Shown here in pieces: positions 1 through 11,150 of a DNA stretch of 64,000 nt. Where the stretch lies: assembly GCF_041956535.1 (NCBI RefSeq), contig NW_027192229.1, forward strand, positions 42,848-106,847, read 5' to 3'. The position numbers and the translations under genes are program-made. Position 1 is the first letter of the stretch; every line of letters starts with the position of its first letter. The notes beneath the pieces were generated by a model. That model saw only the letters and a program-made list of their open reading frames with translations, had not been told where the DNA came from and ran no database searches. The DNA comes from Calcarisporiella thermophila CBS 279.70 (taxonomy: Eukaryota; Fungi; Calcarisporiellomycota).

Positions 1-256
1 CACCATTGTCCTTTCCACCCGCTTCCAATCCAGCTTTGTAGAATTCGTCCACCTCCGCTCGGGTTTTCGCCTTGAATGCTACATGGCACCCGCCAGATGT
101 ACCACCTTTGCCAATGTTGAAGAGGTCGTCGGGTCCAAAGGAACAAAAAAATTCATTATCAATTCTGAGCTCATGGCCCAAAGGCTTAAGAATTTTAATA
201 TAAAACTCCTTGCTTTCCTGAAGGTTCTTACAATAAAATCCCATATGGTCTAACAT
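1..256 (-). CDS. VOC-family glyoxalase/bleomycin-resistance protein (5' part; 3' end lies beyond the window start)
   Basis: Not in the ORF track. Manual translation from ATG at 256 gives MLDHMGFYCKNLQESKEFYIKILKPLG...GCHVAFKAKTRAEVDEFYKAGLEAGGKDNG, open to the window edge. DH..., FY..L..LG and HVAF.A.TR..VD.FY.AGL.AGG.DNG are typical VOC motifs. Confidence 0.9.
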   Translation of the reverse strand, partial: MLDHMGFYCKNLQESKEFYIKILKPLGHELRIDNEFFCSFGPDDLFNIGKGGTSGGCHVAFKAKTRAEVDEFYKAGLEAGGKDNG

Positions 257-1101
257 GGTGTGCAGAGAATGTGAAGAAAGAAAGATAAAATTCGAGGACA
301 CTTCAGGGAAATGCGCGCTATTTATAATGTCTTGAGGGTTATGAGAATGCTCGGTGACGATCCAAGCAAAATGACTCTTTATGGGAATATAGGGCAAATA
401 GCCGCTCGAAGTTGACGATATGCTGAGTCAACTTGGATAAAATTGCTGAAATCGGAGGAATGAAATGTGGCCCTAGTTGCCTTAAAAGTTCGAAATGAGT
501 CTTAATACTTCAGCGCATAGAGGGAACTTGTTCACGCGTGTCTCTGTTATGAGCTTAGATGACTATAGGTTACGTGCCCGGAATATTTCCAATAGAGGGT
601 GGCGGTCTTTCCGTCGCACAACTGTGGGTCCATACCCGAGTGAGCTATTCGACTTGGGGGAAAGAACGGCTAGGCCACGGCATTTATATATACTTCACTC
701 CACTCCCACGTTAAAGCTACCAAGAGACTTTTGGGCTTGTACTGGATGGACGACGTCATGAGTTTAATTTCGGTGACTAATTGCGGCCCAGCTGGAGTTT
801 GGTCTGTAAATGCGAGGCAGTATTGGTTTCAAGGATTCGACTATAAACAGCATTGAACACGTTCGTCTAATTTAATGGCCTGGCCTTATTCTAGGTTGAT
901 AGAATCTCGCCATTTCTTTTTGTCTATTCGTAAGGCTTGTCGCATAATGATGGAGGATGGCTTAGGCTAGAAACCTCTACAAATGATCAGACTCGGATCT
1001 GCTTGCATTCGAATCCCGCCGAGTTTGGTTGATTAATTTTCCAAATATTTCCCGCGTTAATCCAGAAGCATAGGGGAAAGAACTACTACTTCAGACACGA
1101 C

Positions 1102-2166
1102 ATGATTCCCGCCCTCGCTTCAAACATTATGCGCGAAACCTATTATACTCCTCAGCGAGTCACCCCCTTACAAGACAGCGCACTACTCATTCAAGATCCC
1201 ATCTACGGGCAAGTTCGCATTCAAGATTCCATTCTCGTGGATCTGATTCAATGCCGTAGTATGCAACGTCTGAAGGGGGTATTGCAACACGGCATCACTG
1301 GTCTTATTGGAATCACACCTCCTGTAACGCGTTTTGAACATAGTGTCGGAGCCATGCTCCTTGTGCGAAGGCTTGGTGCCTCCCTTGATGAACAAATCGC
1401 TGCTCTTCTTCACGATGTTAGCCATACTGCATTGAGTCATGTAATTGATCACGTATTTAAGGGGGAAAGAAGCTTTCACGAACAACAGAAGGAAGCGTAC
1501 CTTACGCGCACAGAGATTCCAGATATCCTTGCCTCCTATAACCTGGACTGGCATAAGTTTGTTGACGAGGAGGACTATCCCCTCCTTGAACAACCTGCCC
1601 CTCGTCTTTGTGCAGATAGGCTCGATTATGGCCTTCGCGATAGTGTCGCCTTTGGCATTCTCAAAATCGAGCAGGCCCAAAATATCGTGGAGCAATTGGT
1701 AGTTCAACAGGAACGAATTGTGTGCTCTAAAGCCAATATTGCCTTAGAACTCGCCGAAGCATATATGGAGGCTGACAATCTTGCTTGGTCCAATCTTCAC
1801 AAAGCTTGCCTCTATGAGCTTTCTGCAAAGATTATTTCGGATTCAATCTCTCGCGGAATACTTCGCATGGAGGATCTCTGGCTCAAAGATACTGAATTTT
1901 GGATGCGCCTTACCAACTGTGACGACAGAGATATTCGCGACCGGGTCCAAAGTGTATCGCCTGATACTCTTTTCATTGAAGATGAGAGCAACCCTTCGTT
2001 TAAGCTTAGATTAAAAGTTCGGACAATCGATCCGGATATAGCAGATGATCGGCGCCTAGTTCTCCTGTCCGAGCTCAATGAAAGCTATCTCCATAAACGA
2101 ACCCAATATATTGAGAGTAAGAATAAGGTCTTTTTTATGCGAATTGTGAATAAAGACTCTAGCTGA
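1102..2166 (+). CDS. HD-domain metal-dependent phosphohydrolase (YdhJ / cordycepin Cns2-like), intronless
   Basis: 354-aa ORF with HD-family motifs QRLKGVLQHG, TRFEHSVG, ALLHDVSHTALSH, LCADRLDY and KVRTIDP. Confidence 0.92.
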   Translation: MIPALASNIMRETYYTPQRVTPLQDSALLIQDPIYGQVRIQDSILVDLIQCRSMQRLKGVLQHGITGLIGITPPVTRFEHSVGAMLLVRRLGASLDEQIAALLHDVSHTALSHVIDHVFKGERSFHEQQKEAYLTRTEIPDILASYNLDWHKFVDEEDYPLLEQPAPRLCADRLDYGLRDSVAFGILKIEQAQNIVEQLVVQQERIVCSKANIALELAEAYMEADNLAWSNLHKACLYELSAKIISDSISRGILRMEDLWLKDTEFWMRLTNCDDRDIRDRVQSVSPDTLFIEDESNPSFKLRLKVRTIDPDIADDRRLVLLSELNESYLHKRTQYIESKNKVFFMRIVNKDSS

Positions 2167-2645
2167 GCTGATGATTCCATACCATTTTCAACTCTTAAAT
2201 ATATTATTTGAAACCATTCTATATTATATATACCTCTCCTGTATATATATCAGAATATGGTAATTGGTTTTTTTTTATTGCGTTTCTTGCTCATAAATTT
2301 ATCATTCATATAGAGGTTTATGATTTTGTCATATGAGGACATTTTGCCGTAATGAATACTTCTATTTTGGATTTATTATCGTTAGCATGCTCAGAGTGGA
2401 TAGACTGTGCTGTTTATAAATGGCATATTACATTATTTATAGACGATGAAGTCATTTCTAATATAAGACTATAGAGATAAGTCAAAATAATAGGAAGGGC
2501 CACTAAAGACTTATACTGGTGTTTCAGTTAACTCCTAAGGATGAGCTGTAGTGATGGTAAGTTATTCGACTACATCCTCTTCGATATCCTCTAATAGATA
2601 TATATTGGTGGACATAGCTTGAGTAGGATATCCAAATGGAAAATA

Positions 2646-3716
2646 CTACTCACCTCGATACTCGGCCCAGGTGACCATCTTTGATCTGACAAAGTCTCCA
2701 TATATTACTCTTTCGTATTTCGGATGGTCGTCCCCGACAAGAATATGGAGCGGCTCGATAACAGCGTCAATATTAGGTTCAAAGAAGAACGGAATGCTAA
2801 TTCTATCTCCTTGCACCATTTGAACTCGATGCATGGTAGCTACAAAGCGTCCATTAATCCAACGACTCATCAGGTCACCAAGATTCACTACAAAAGACTC
2901 AGGCACATAGGGGGCAGGAATCCACTGGCCAAGGGAATTGAGAACCTCTAGTCCGCCTGTTTCATCCTGCACCAGCAAAGTGATGATTCCAGAGTCGGTG
3001 TGAGGAGTACAGGAGAACATAGCCTTATCCGACGTGACGGTGCCATTTTCTAACCTACGCTTTGGATAGTGCAGAAACCGTAGCGTAGAAACATTACCCT
3101 CAAAAAAGGGCCTGAAATAGTCTTCAGGTAAGCCGAGAGAAATGGCCACTAGCCGCATAATATTTTCCCCTAGTGCAATGCATTCATGGTAATAAAGCTC
3201 TACTTCTCTGCGAAAATTGGGTAGGTCTGATTCAGGGGGCCATACATTATCTTCGAGTAAATCAAATTTTTCCACTTTTCCTAATGCCATCCTGTTGCTT
3301 TTTGCAACTGGACTCTTGGGTGGCCCTACTTCGAAGCCTATTGTGAGAGAATTTCTGTTATTGGAAGCTTCGTCCCCCTTTCATAGTAGTGGTATTCGAC
3401 GCTTACCTTCTTTATAGGAAGAGTCATCTTTCTGGGAGGGAAAGAAACCTCGATAAGTATTAGGGTTGGCGGGTTCAAATAATCGCTTAGCCAGTTTTCG
3501 TTTGGCTGGACCGGGCAGGGAAAAGAAATTCCTTGCCTTGTCAAACAGCTGTCGATGCGAGACAGAGACCCCATGGTTGATCAGATAAGCAAAGCCAACG
3601 GTCTCGAACACCTCTCGCAAGGCTAAGGCGAGTCGATAAACTTCTTCTTTGGACGTATTAGATTCGTAAAGTGGGGCCAAGTCAATAATAGGTAGTTCGT
3701 TAAACTGTGTTGTCAT
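2646..3716 (-). CDS. 2-oxoglutarate/Fe(II) dioxygenase (IPNS/DIOX_N family), 2 exons
   Basis: Exon 1 (3716-3407) has LPIIDL and GFAYLINHGV. A GT-AG intron (3406-3338) joins SYKEG/FEVG. Exon 2 has LRFLHYP, the HTD...H facial triad and RISIPFF. Confidence 0.93.
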
Positions 3717-4720
3717 CCCCGTGTGGTTGTGATGATGCTAAAAAGTAGCCTATTTTTATACTTTTATATCATATTCAGCTGTACACATCTTATGACAAAT
3801 TTCAATTTCTGTGGTGCGTGATCAGTTTAATTACTTCATTTTGGTATGGTGTTTGAATAAAATTCGTAGCTTAGACAGTAGTGCGAAGATAGATAAAATG
3901 AAAAGTTACGAGGCACGTAAACGATTTTAAGACGTATTATCTACACAGGTTAATAATTTGCGACTCTTTAATTTTTTGTTCTCATTCCATATGGCCTGCC
4001 TCACTATGCCCGTAGTTATGCAACAGCAAGTCAGTTTATAGAGGGTACAGTTACAAGTAGGACTATTGACCCATATAAATAAGCTTGTTGTAATACAGCG
4101 AGTTCGGGAGAAATGTGACCCCCTAGTCAAGTTCAAAATTGAGCATATTTCACAAAAACATTTTAATTTGGACAGCACCACAGCTTTAATTTGAAAAAGG
4201 TTGTTTTTCGAGTCAGAAACAGAAATAATACCAGACCATGCATCCGATTAAAGCAGAAATGCGCACATGAGCAGGCTTAACTCAAACCATTCATTGTGTG
4301 ATCGGCCTTTTTATTGCTACGTGCTACGATCACACTTTAATGGTTCGCTTTTTATACTCGCGCAAGATTGTCTAAGCTTGTGTGAAATTTGTTGCCTCTT
4401 CGGCTAATTGCATTTCTATCGTGATAGTATCAAACTTTCCCTCTGGTCAAGTCTTCAATTCAAGGGATTAGGCTGCTAATCCAATCATGATGATATATGC
4501 AAGCCCAGGATAGGTGGCCGTTGCTTTAACCTGTCATAGAATGCTACCACCTTAAGCCAAATAGAATTTGGGTGATAATGATAGCATAAAAGAAATTTAT
4601 TGATCAAAGCTAGAATCGCTTAGGTCGTTTCCATATCAAAAAACGTCTCGACATAAGGTGATTGATTTATCGAAAAAGATAAATTGATAGCAATATCGTG
4701 TTCGGAATTCACTCGAGACA

Positions 4721-5644
4721 TTATGCTTCTTTCAGGTTTGCTTGAATCACATGGTGAAGTTCTTCTCCTAATTTCAGGGATGATGCTGGATTCTGACCAG
4801 TCACTAGTCGACCATCCACTACTACGCATTCGCCCCATGGCTTAGAGGCCTTCTCATATCTGCCTCCATTTTCTTTGATCTTAGATTCAAGCAAAAATGG
4901 CATTTGACTTGATAATTCTAAGTGAGTATACAAGAAATACATTTGTTTTAGACCTTCATCGTGTCGAGATAAGAGATAGCAAGTCATTCTTACTTACCAA
5001 CCAAATTTTCTTCTTCATTGGAGAAGCAGGTAATCCGTTTATCTTTAATCAAATATTCTCCATTGGACAATTTGCATCTGACAATGCCAGCAGGTCCTAG
5101 TAATTAAGATAAGTTATTCAAATCATGTTTGGGGGAGGCGGAAAAAGAATGTCGTGAAATTACCATGACACACCGCGGATATTATTCCGCCCTTTTCATA
5201 CACCGTGCGTACGATGAAGTGGCTATGTTCATTATCCGCCAAGTCAAACATAGGGCCTAGGTGATATAGGCTGAATAAAGCTAAAACAAAAAAAAATCTT
5301 AATCTCAACAAGAGAAATTTACCATGACCACCAGGAAAGAAAACCCCCGCGTATTCGTGGGCTCGATTAACTATATTTTCCAGCTTTTCTGTTTGTTCCA
5401 ATTCCATTTGAATCTGCCCATTGTCCATGAATTTTTTACACACTTCGTCATTTGCAAAATCTTTGACGCTACCAGGGTCTACAGGACATCGTCCACCCTG
5501 CGGAGATGCGAATTCAATGGTGTAATGCTTCGAGAGCACGTGGTAGGGGTGGGCCAATTCAGGGAGATAGTATCCGGTGTTTTTGCCACTCGGGAGGCTG
5601 GCATGTGAGGTGATGATAAAAAGGATTTTCAGATGCATGGACAT
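4721..5644 (-). CDS. DJ-1/PfpI family protein (Hsp31-like glyoxalase III), 4 exons
   Basis: Motifs GYYLPELAHPY, PGGHG-PMFDL, AVCHG-PAG, ITCFSNEEE and DGRLVTGQNPAS, joined by GT-AG introns. Confidence 0.92.
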
Positions 5645-6562
5645 GTTGTTGAAATAATGTTTTTAATGCAACTAGCAATAATAGAAAATTGCAACGAATT
5701 CCACAGGGAATAGAAAGAGGCGAGTAATGAACCGAGGCATGAAATTTCAATTTTTATAAGCATGGCGTCTATATTCCAAAATTGGGCGTTTTTTAATTCT
5801 TGAGTTAGCTCTCCTTTGCTATCCCATACAGATAATGCAGAATGGGCAAGCATATCGTATGGCCATGCTGGAGCCGCATGGATGCGCTCCGCATCAATAT
5901 TGCCCGTGGTCGATAGTGAAAGGGGTGTAAGCAGAGGCATCTCGCTAGAACAATATGAAAATCAACAGGGGTTGTGTGCCAGGTATAGTTGAACGGTAGT
6001 TGAGTAGGCGAGATTGGAGAATTTAGTTAAATAGCACTATAGTAGTCTTGAACTATACCAAGTTCCAAGGCAAATTTTGACAACAATCCTGTTTCGACAC
6101 AGTCCGACTCAATATAAACTCGGGAAACGCCACCCATGTTGTAGTGAGTTCATTTGGCAGATTATGTCCATCATCCAGGATTGATATGTGGATCATTCAA
6201 TCTATTTTGCCTAGACGAGCTTCTACTATATAGCTTTGAAAAATTTCTAGAGGAAATGGGATTATAACTTTAATAAAGAGGCATGTGTATTGGGCAGAAG
6301 CTATGGTTAAGAGCATCCACACGAAATATCGGCTGAGCAAGAACATGCTGACACACTTTTCATATTCCCTATCTAACGAATATACTTTTCATATGTGCAT
6401 ATATAAATAGTAATTCTCTTCTAACTCTATTGAATCCCAAGTGCCTCGGATCTCGAACGATTTTGCCGTGGCTCATCAACCTTTTTGGGACCAAGCCGCA
6501 CCAATATTCAGTCCGGAAAACTAGTCTAATATTATGTAAACAACTAAGTAAAACCTGCAATC

Positions 6563-7980
6563 ATGGATAAAATAATGAGCAGTAGTAAATTTATAATTCT
6601 TTTCCTAGTGACTCTACTCCTACTTTTATATTATGTATACTACACTAACTACACACTCGAGCAAAACATTCCTATTATTTCCTCGAATGCCTTAGATCCG
6701 CTACCTCCCTTGGATCCATGGAGTGCATGGCCTCCCCTACTTTCGCACTCAATCTGCCGCCCTAAAATCTATGTCTACCCTGTTCCTGAGAATTTGCGAA
6801 TTCCGAAATCCGATTACTTTGGCATTTGTTATGAAAGCAATTACAAGAGTGAAATAATTCTTTGGGAGCAACTTTTAAGTGGTCGAATTCATGATCACTA
6901 TGTGACTCAGAATCCAGAAGAAGCGGACTACTATTATATTCCTTTTTTGGGTTCATGTTGGCTATTCTCTCAGTGCTGGCAACACCATCATTTTAACTTT
7001 AGTGAGCGCTGCAATGTAGACGAGCGATATGTTCTACCCATGATGCAATATGTTATCGAAGCGTACCCATACTGGAATCGCTCTGGTGGCACCGATCATA
7101 TTATGGTCCACCCGATGGACCATAGTTATACTTACTATGAGAGCAACTCTGTTTTCCAACCTGCTATTTTTCTTACTACCATTGGGGATAAACGGCAAAA
7201 TAACTTTTACAAAATTCGCTATTCAAAAGATATTGTAATTCCTTCAGCCACAAGCTTGATCCATTATGCCGGATATAACCCACGAGACTATTTGGACGAA
7301 GAGGGATATCCCGTGAATCTGTTCGGCAATAGAGTGCAACGGAATATCTTCGCCATTTTCCGCGGTAATGTAGTTTCTTCCGAGCACTTTCATCCAGCGG
7401 CTCTCTAATGTCTTTTAGATTATAATAGGAGGGGGCTCCGATATCAAACCAGATGATGCATATAGCCAAGGTATACGCTACTTACTATTCCATGGTTTTA
7501 AGGATTATCCAGGCTGGAATATTGGTAATTCGGAATGGGATATGTTTTATGCTCGTCAACTCTCGCGTTCACGTTTTGGGATTACACCCGCGGGCTGGAC
7601 TCTAGATACAACTCGGCTTTGGTAAAGAACTATCTAGATGGCTAACTCTCAACAATTCTGATTTGTCCATGACAATTCATTCTACATATAGGGAATATCT
7701 AGCCTTCGGAGTAGTACCTGTTATAATTGCGGATGGGATTATCCAGCCATTTGAAAACGACGTAGACTGGCATGGTTTCTCTGTGTACGTTAGAAGAGAA
7801 GATGCACATCAGCTCGATAAAATCCTAAGATCTATTACAGAAGAAGAGTATGAGCGCAAACGCAAGCGAGTGTGGGAGGAGGGCGCTCGTGTTGGCTTGG
7901 AGCGGGACGCTTGGCATTTTATTGCGCGACAATTGTGCAGACTCAAACGCATAACTAGAAACGAGACTTTAACACTCTAA
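6563..7980 (+). CDS. Exostosin-family glycosyltransferase (GT47), type II membrane protein, 3 exons
   Basis: N-terminal TM anchor; KIYVY, NPEEADYYYIPF, PYWNRSGGTDH, KDIVIP. The spliced middle and last exons read SRFGITPAGWTLDTTRLWEYLAFGVVPVIIAD. Confidence 0.9.
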
Positions 7981-8781
7981 TTGCTTCAGATACGCTCCTT
8001 TATTTAAATGAGTCTGAAAGATTACCTGTGCTGTTTAGAACTTGTCACTATATTAAGTAGTCGTTCTTTTATGATACCCTCACTCTCACTTGTTTATTAT
8101 TGTTTTTCTGCACTATTTGTTAGATGCCCTGTGTACTGTATATAGGAGGAGCAGGAAAAGTGTCGCTCCAAAATAAAATATCATTTATTGTATCTGATAT
8201 ACAGATACTATACCTAATATGTAGACCTTTTTATAAAAATAAAACTCTAGTAGTGTGTCTGCTTTCATATCGGACCACCTCCAAGGGTAAGTCCTTAGCT
8301 CGCTCTTGAACACCTGCAGTTCATTTAAACTGTATCGAACCTCAAACTTTGCTTTATCTCAACTTGACCTTCGGAGGTTACTAGAAACCTTAAGACATAT
8401 CCAAGGTATATAGTGATATAGCATTAAATATTGTTGATATTAAGAAAAAGAAATATCTTGTTCGATATTTTTTTTCACATATATGCGAATAAAGTGCAGT
8501 ATTGTGTCCGGAAGATATTAATTTAAACATTAGTGAGAGGCCTTATCTTTGGCTATAACAAGCGAATTTGTAAGGACAGGCAGTCAATCAGCCAATTTGA
8601 AGTTTCCTATAGAATTTTCCTTTGACAAATTACCCAATCTCCCCCGCGAAATTATTTTTCAAATGAGCGAGTCTCATGCTAGGTTGAATTGAGGTCAAAA
8701 TCATTTAAATACCGGTTTATTCCTCTTTTATTTTCTTCCGATTTTAGAGATTTGCACCCTATCTCACTTGTCACTTGCATT

Positions 8782-9636
8782 ATGGAATTCGAAGATACCG
8801 TCGAACTCACTCTGCCCCGGCATTTAGAGCCGTGGTCGAAATCACCTCCTTCCCTAACTCCTTCTAACGAAGAATCTTTCAATAAATCATACACACAACT
8901 TTCACAAACTAATACTCAAGCTGGTCCTTCTAAGGCGGTCGCGATGGGGCTGTCCGCGTTCGCAGTTACGACTTGGGTAAATTCGATCTACACTATTAGA
9001 GGCGCTATTGCAGGCGGACGCAGTGCTCCAAATATGATTGTAGGTTTGGCACTATTTCATGGTGGAGCTGTTCAGGTGAGTAGTCAAAGATACTTAAGGC
9101 CAATTGAGACTAGCATAATATGATGGTTTCCAAGAAAAACTTTTGCCTTACATCGATCTGACCCAACCACTTTTTGACATAACTTAAAGCTTATCTCAGG
9201 CATCTGGTCCCTGCACCAAGGAACCTCCTTTGATGCCGTTGCGTTCACATCTTTCGGCGCTTTTTGGTTGTCCAATGGAATTACCCTACTTCCTTTTGCT
9301 GGTGTCCTCCAGGCTTACTCAACCCTCCCACCCATTGAACTTAGACTTGCACAGGGATTCTATCTTACGGGATGGCTCGTTTTTACTTCACTGTTGTGGA
9401 TTGCTGCTCTAAAGAAAACGAAGTCATTGCTCTTTCTGCTGACGCTAGTAATAGCAACCTTGGCGGTGTTGGCAGTAGGTGAATTCCTGGGTAATGACAG
9501 ATGTCGGTTTGCAGGAGGTGTGTGTGGACTTTTATCAGCTTGTCTTGCATTTTATATGGCTTTAACTGCTATGCTTGAAGCTGATGGTGTTCATTTTCAA
9601 TTTTCCAAGTTTACCAAGTTCACCAAGAGAACTTAA
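8782..9636 (+). CDS. GPR1/FUN34/YaaH (Ady2/SatP) acetate transporter family protein, 2 exons
   Basis: Intron 9076-9189 joins FHGGAVQ to LISGIW...AFTSFGAFWLS. Six hydrophobic helices; AGGVCG...AFY near the C-terminus. Confidence 0.85.
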
Positions 9637-11150
9637 CATGAAAGTATAATGTGTATTAGAATTAAAGCTTTTCTTTCGTTTGAACCCTTGTTCTTCTTGT
9701 TTCATTCGTAAATATCAAACTTAATGTATCATGAATCGATTCTCCTCTTCATTTCCATTCATATTACTTCTGTCAAAGTCTGGATATAAGTAATAAAGCC
9801 ATCTTATATTTAGGAATAATATCAAGACAAGTATATAAAGTAATTGCAATTTGTTCTCTATAATCTGTTCAAATTAGCTGATACTGTCGAGGCAACCTAA
9901 TCAATCGTAGAGAAAGCTCTAGATACTACTCTATTTTGAATATACTGTACAAACATACTTTAGTAAATATCACATGCAGTGGAGAGGGGGCCTGACTAGG
10001 GCGCGCAGAAATTGACTCCCGCAAAACTCTTTTTTTCATCCTCTATAGCATCCATTCCTCATATCTTATCACTTGATTTTCCCTAAATCTATCCACATAA
10101 ACCAATTTTTAGTTTGTTTGTTTGGTGGACGGACCAGCAATAGAAGTGTCAGGGGCTTACTAAGAAGATCCAGAAGAAATAGAGTAATCTCTACAAATAT
10201 GGAAATCCCGGATTAAGGACCCGAATAGAAGGGTGGTACCAGCAGGGTCTAGAAAAGTCAACTTTGGTTTCGGATTTCCCGATGGACAATCTATGGTTTG
10301 TTTTGCTATCAAAGAATGCAGGCGCCTTGTCGGTAAAGAGGCTGAGCCCCCTACACAATACCTTGACGGCATTTCCGTCATGATACAACTAGAGTGACAA
10401 GCGGCCTTGGCTTCATACTATGTTAATGAATAACGAACGAATAGACTGCTCTTGGAAAAGTAGGAATTTCGCAATGCTTTTTCGCGACCACTCACGCCAG
10501 ATCAACACCTATTGTCTTACTAATATCTTCCAGCTCAAATTTAACTTTTTGGGAAGTCAAGTACAATCCATACTCTAGTAGGCAATGCTAGATACACATG
10601 ATCCTAAGGATGCCCTCGAAGTGCAATCTGACGCTATTGGGCAATGGGTGACTCTTTTACGACTCCGCAGTGCTTATATTCAAATTAGGCAACTCCTTAG
10701 ACGTATGTCAATGGGACGGATTACTATTGGGGGTTCCTATCCACAAATATCCCTGGCCGACTGGAAATAAAATGTAAACCGTATCTTGTGCGCATAAGAT
10801 AAACAACAATTTTAGAATCCGTTTTCTGGATGCATGGGAAAATGCTTCTAAGAAAAACGCAATTAGAGCTTTTTTCTCCTGATTAGTTTGGTATCGTATA
10901 ACGCCAACAAAGAGAAATTGTTCTAAACTCTTTTCTATGCTCGATGTTCCAGAGTGGATCTTATACTGAAATAAGGAAACGAAAGGATCTTTATAATTAG
11001 GGATCACCTAATCAAAAAGGCTCCAAAAAGTATTTAAAGGGCTCAAACTCCTTGTGAAAAAACTCATTCATACAGTAAATTGATTTCGTTTCTCCTACAT
11101 TGATTACATATCTTTATTTCATTGATATCCTTTTCCACTCTATATCTAAC

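Noticed and set aside
985-1030. TTCGAATCCC T-loop-like motif inside a short ACTCGG/CCGAGT hairpin (possible tRNA)
   Set aside because: I could not build a D arm, anticodon arm or acceptor stem, and there is no A-box at the proper spacing.
5629-5940. 103-aa minus-strand ORF upstream of the DJ-1 gene
   Set aside because: No recognisable motif, it overlaps the DJ-1 promoter/5' UTR, and I found no supportable splice model.
11125-11134. ATATCCTTTT U12-like donor upstream of the TIM-barrel gene
   Set aside because: There is no TCCTTAAC branch site or AC acceptor at a workable distance, and the ORF reads cleanly from ATG 11151.
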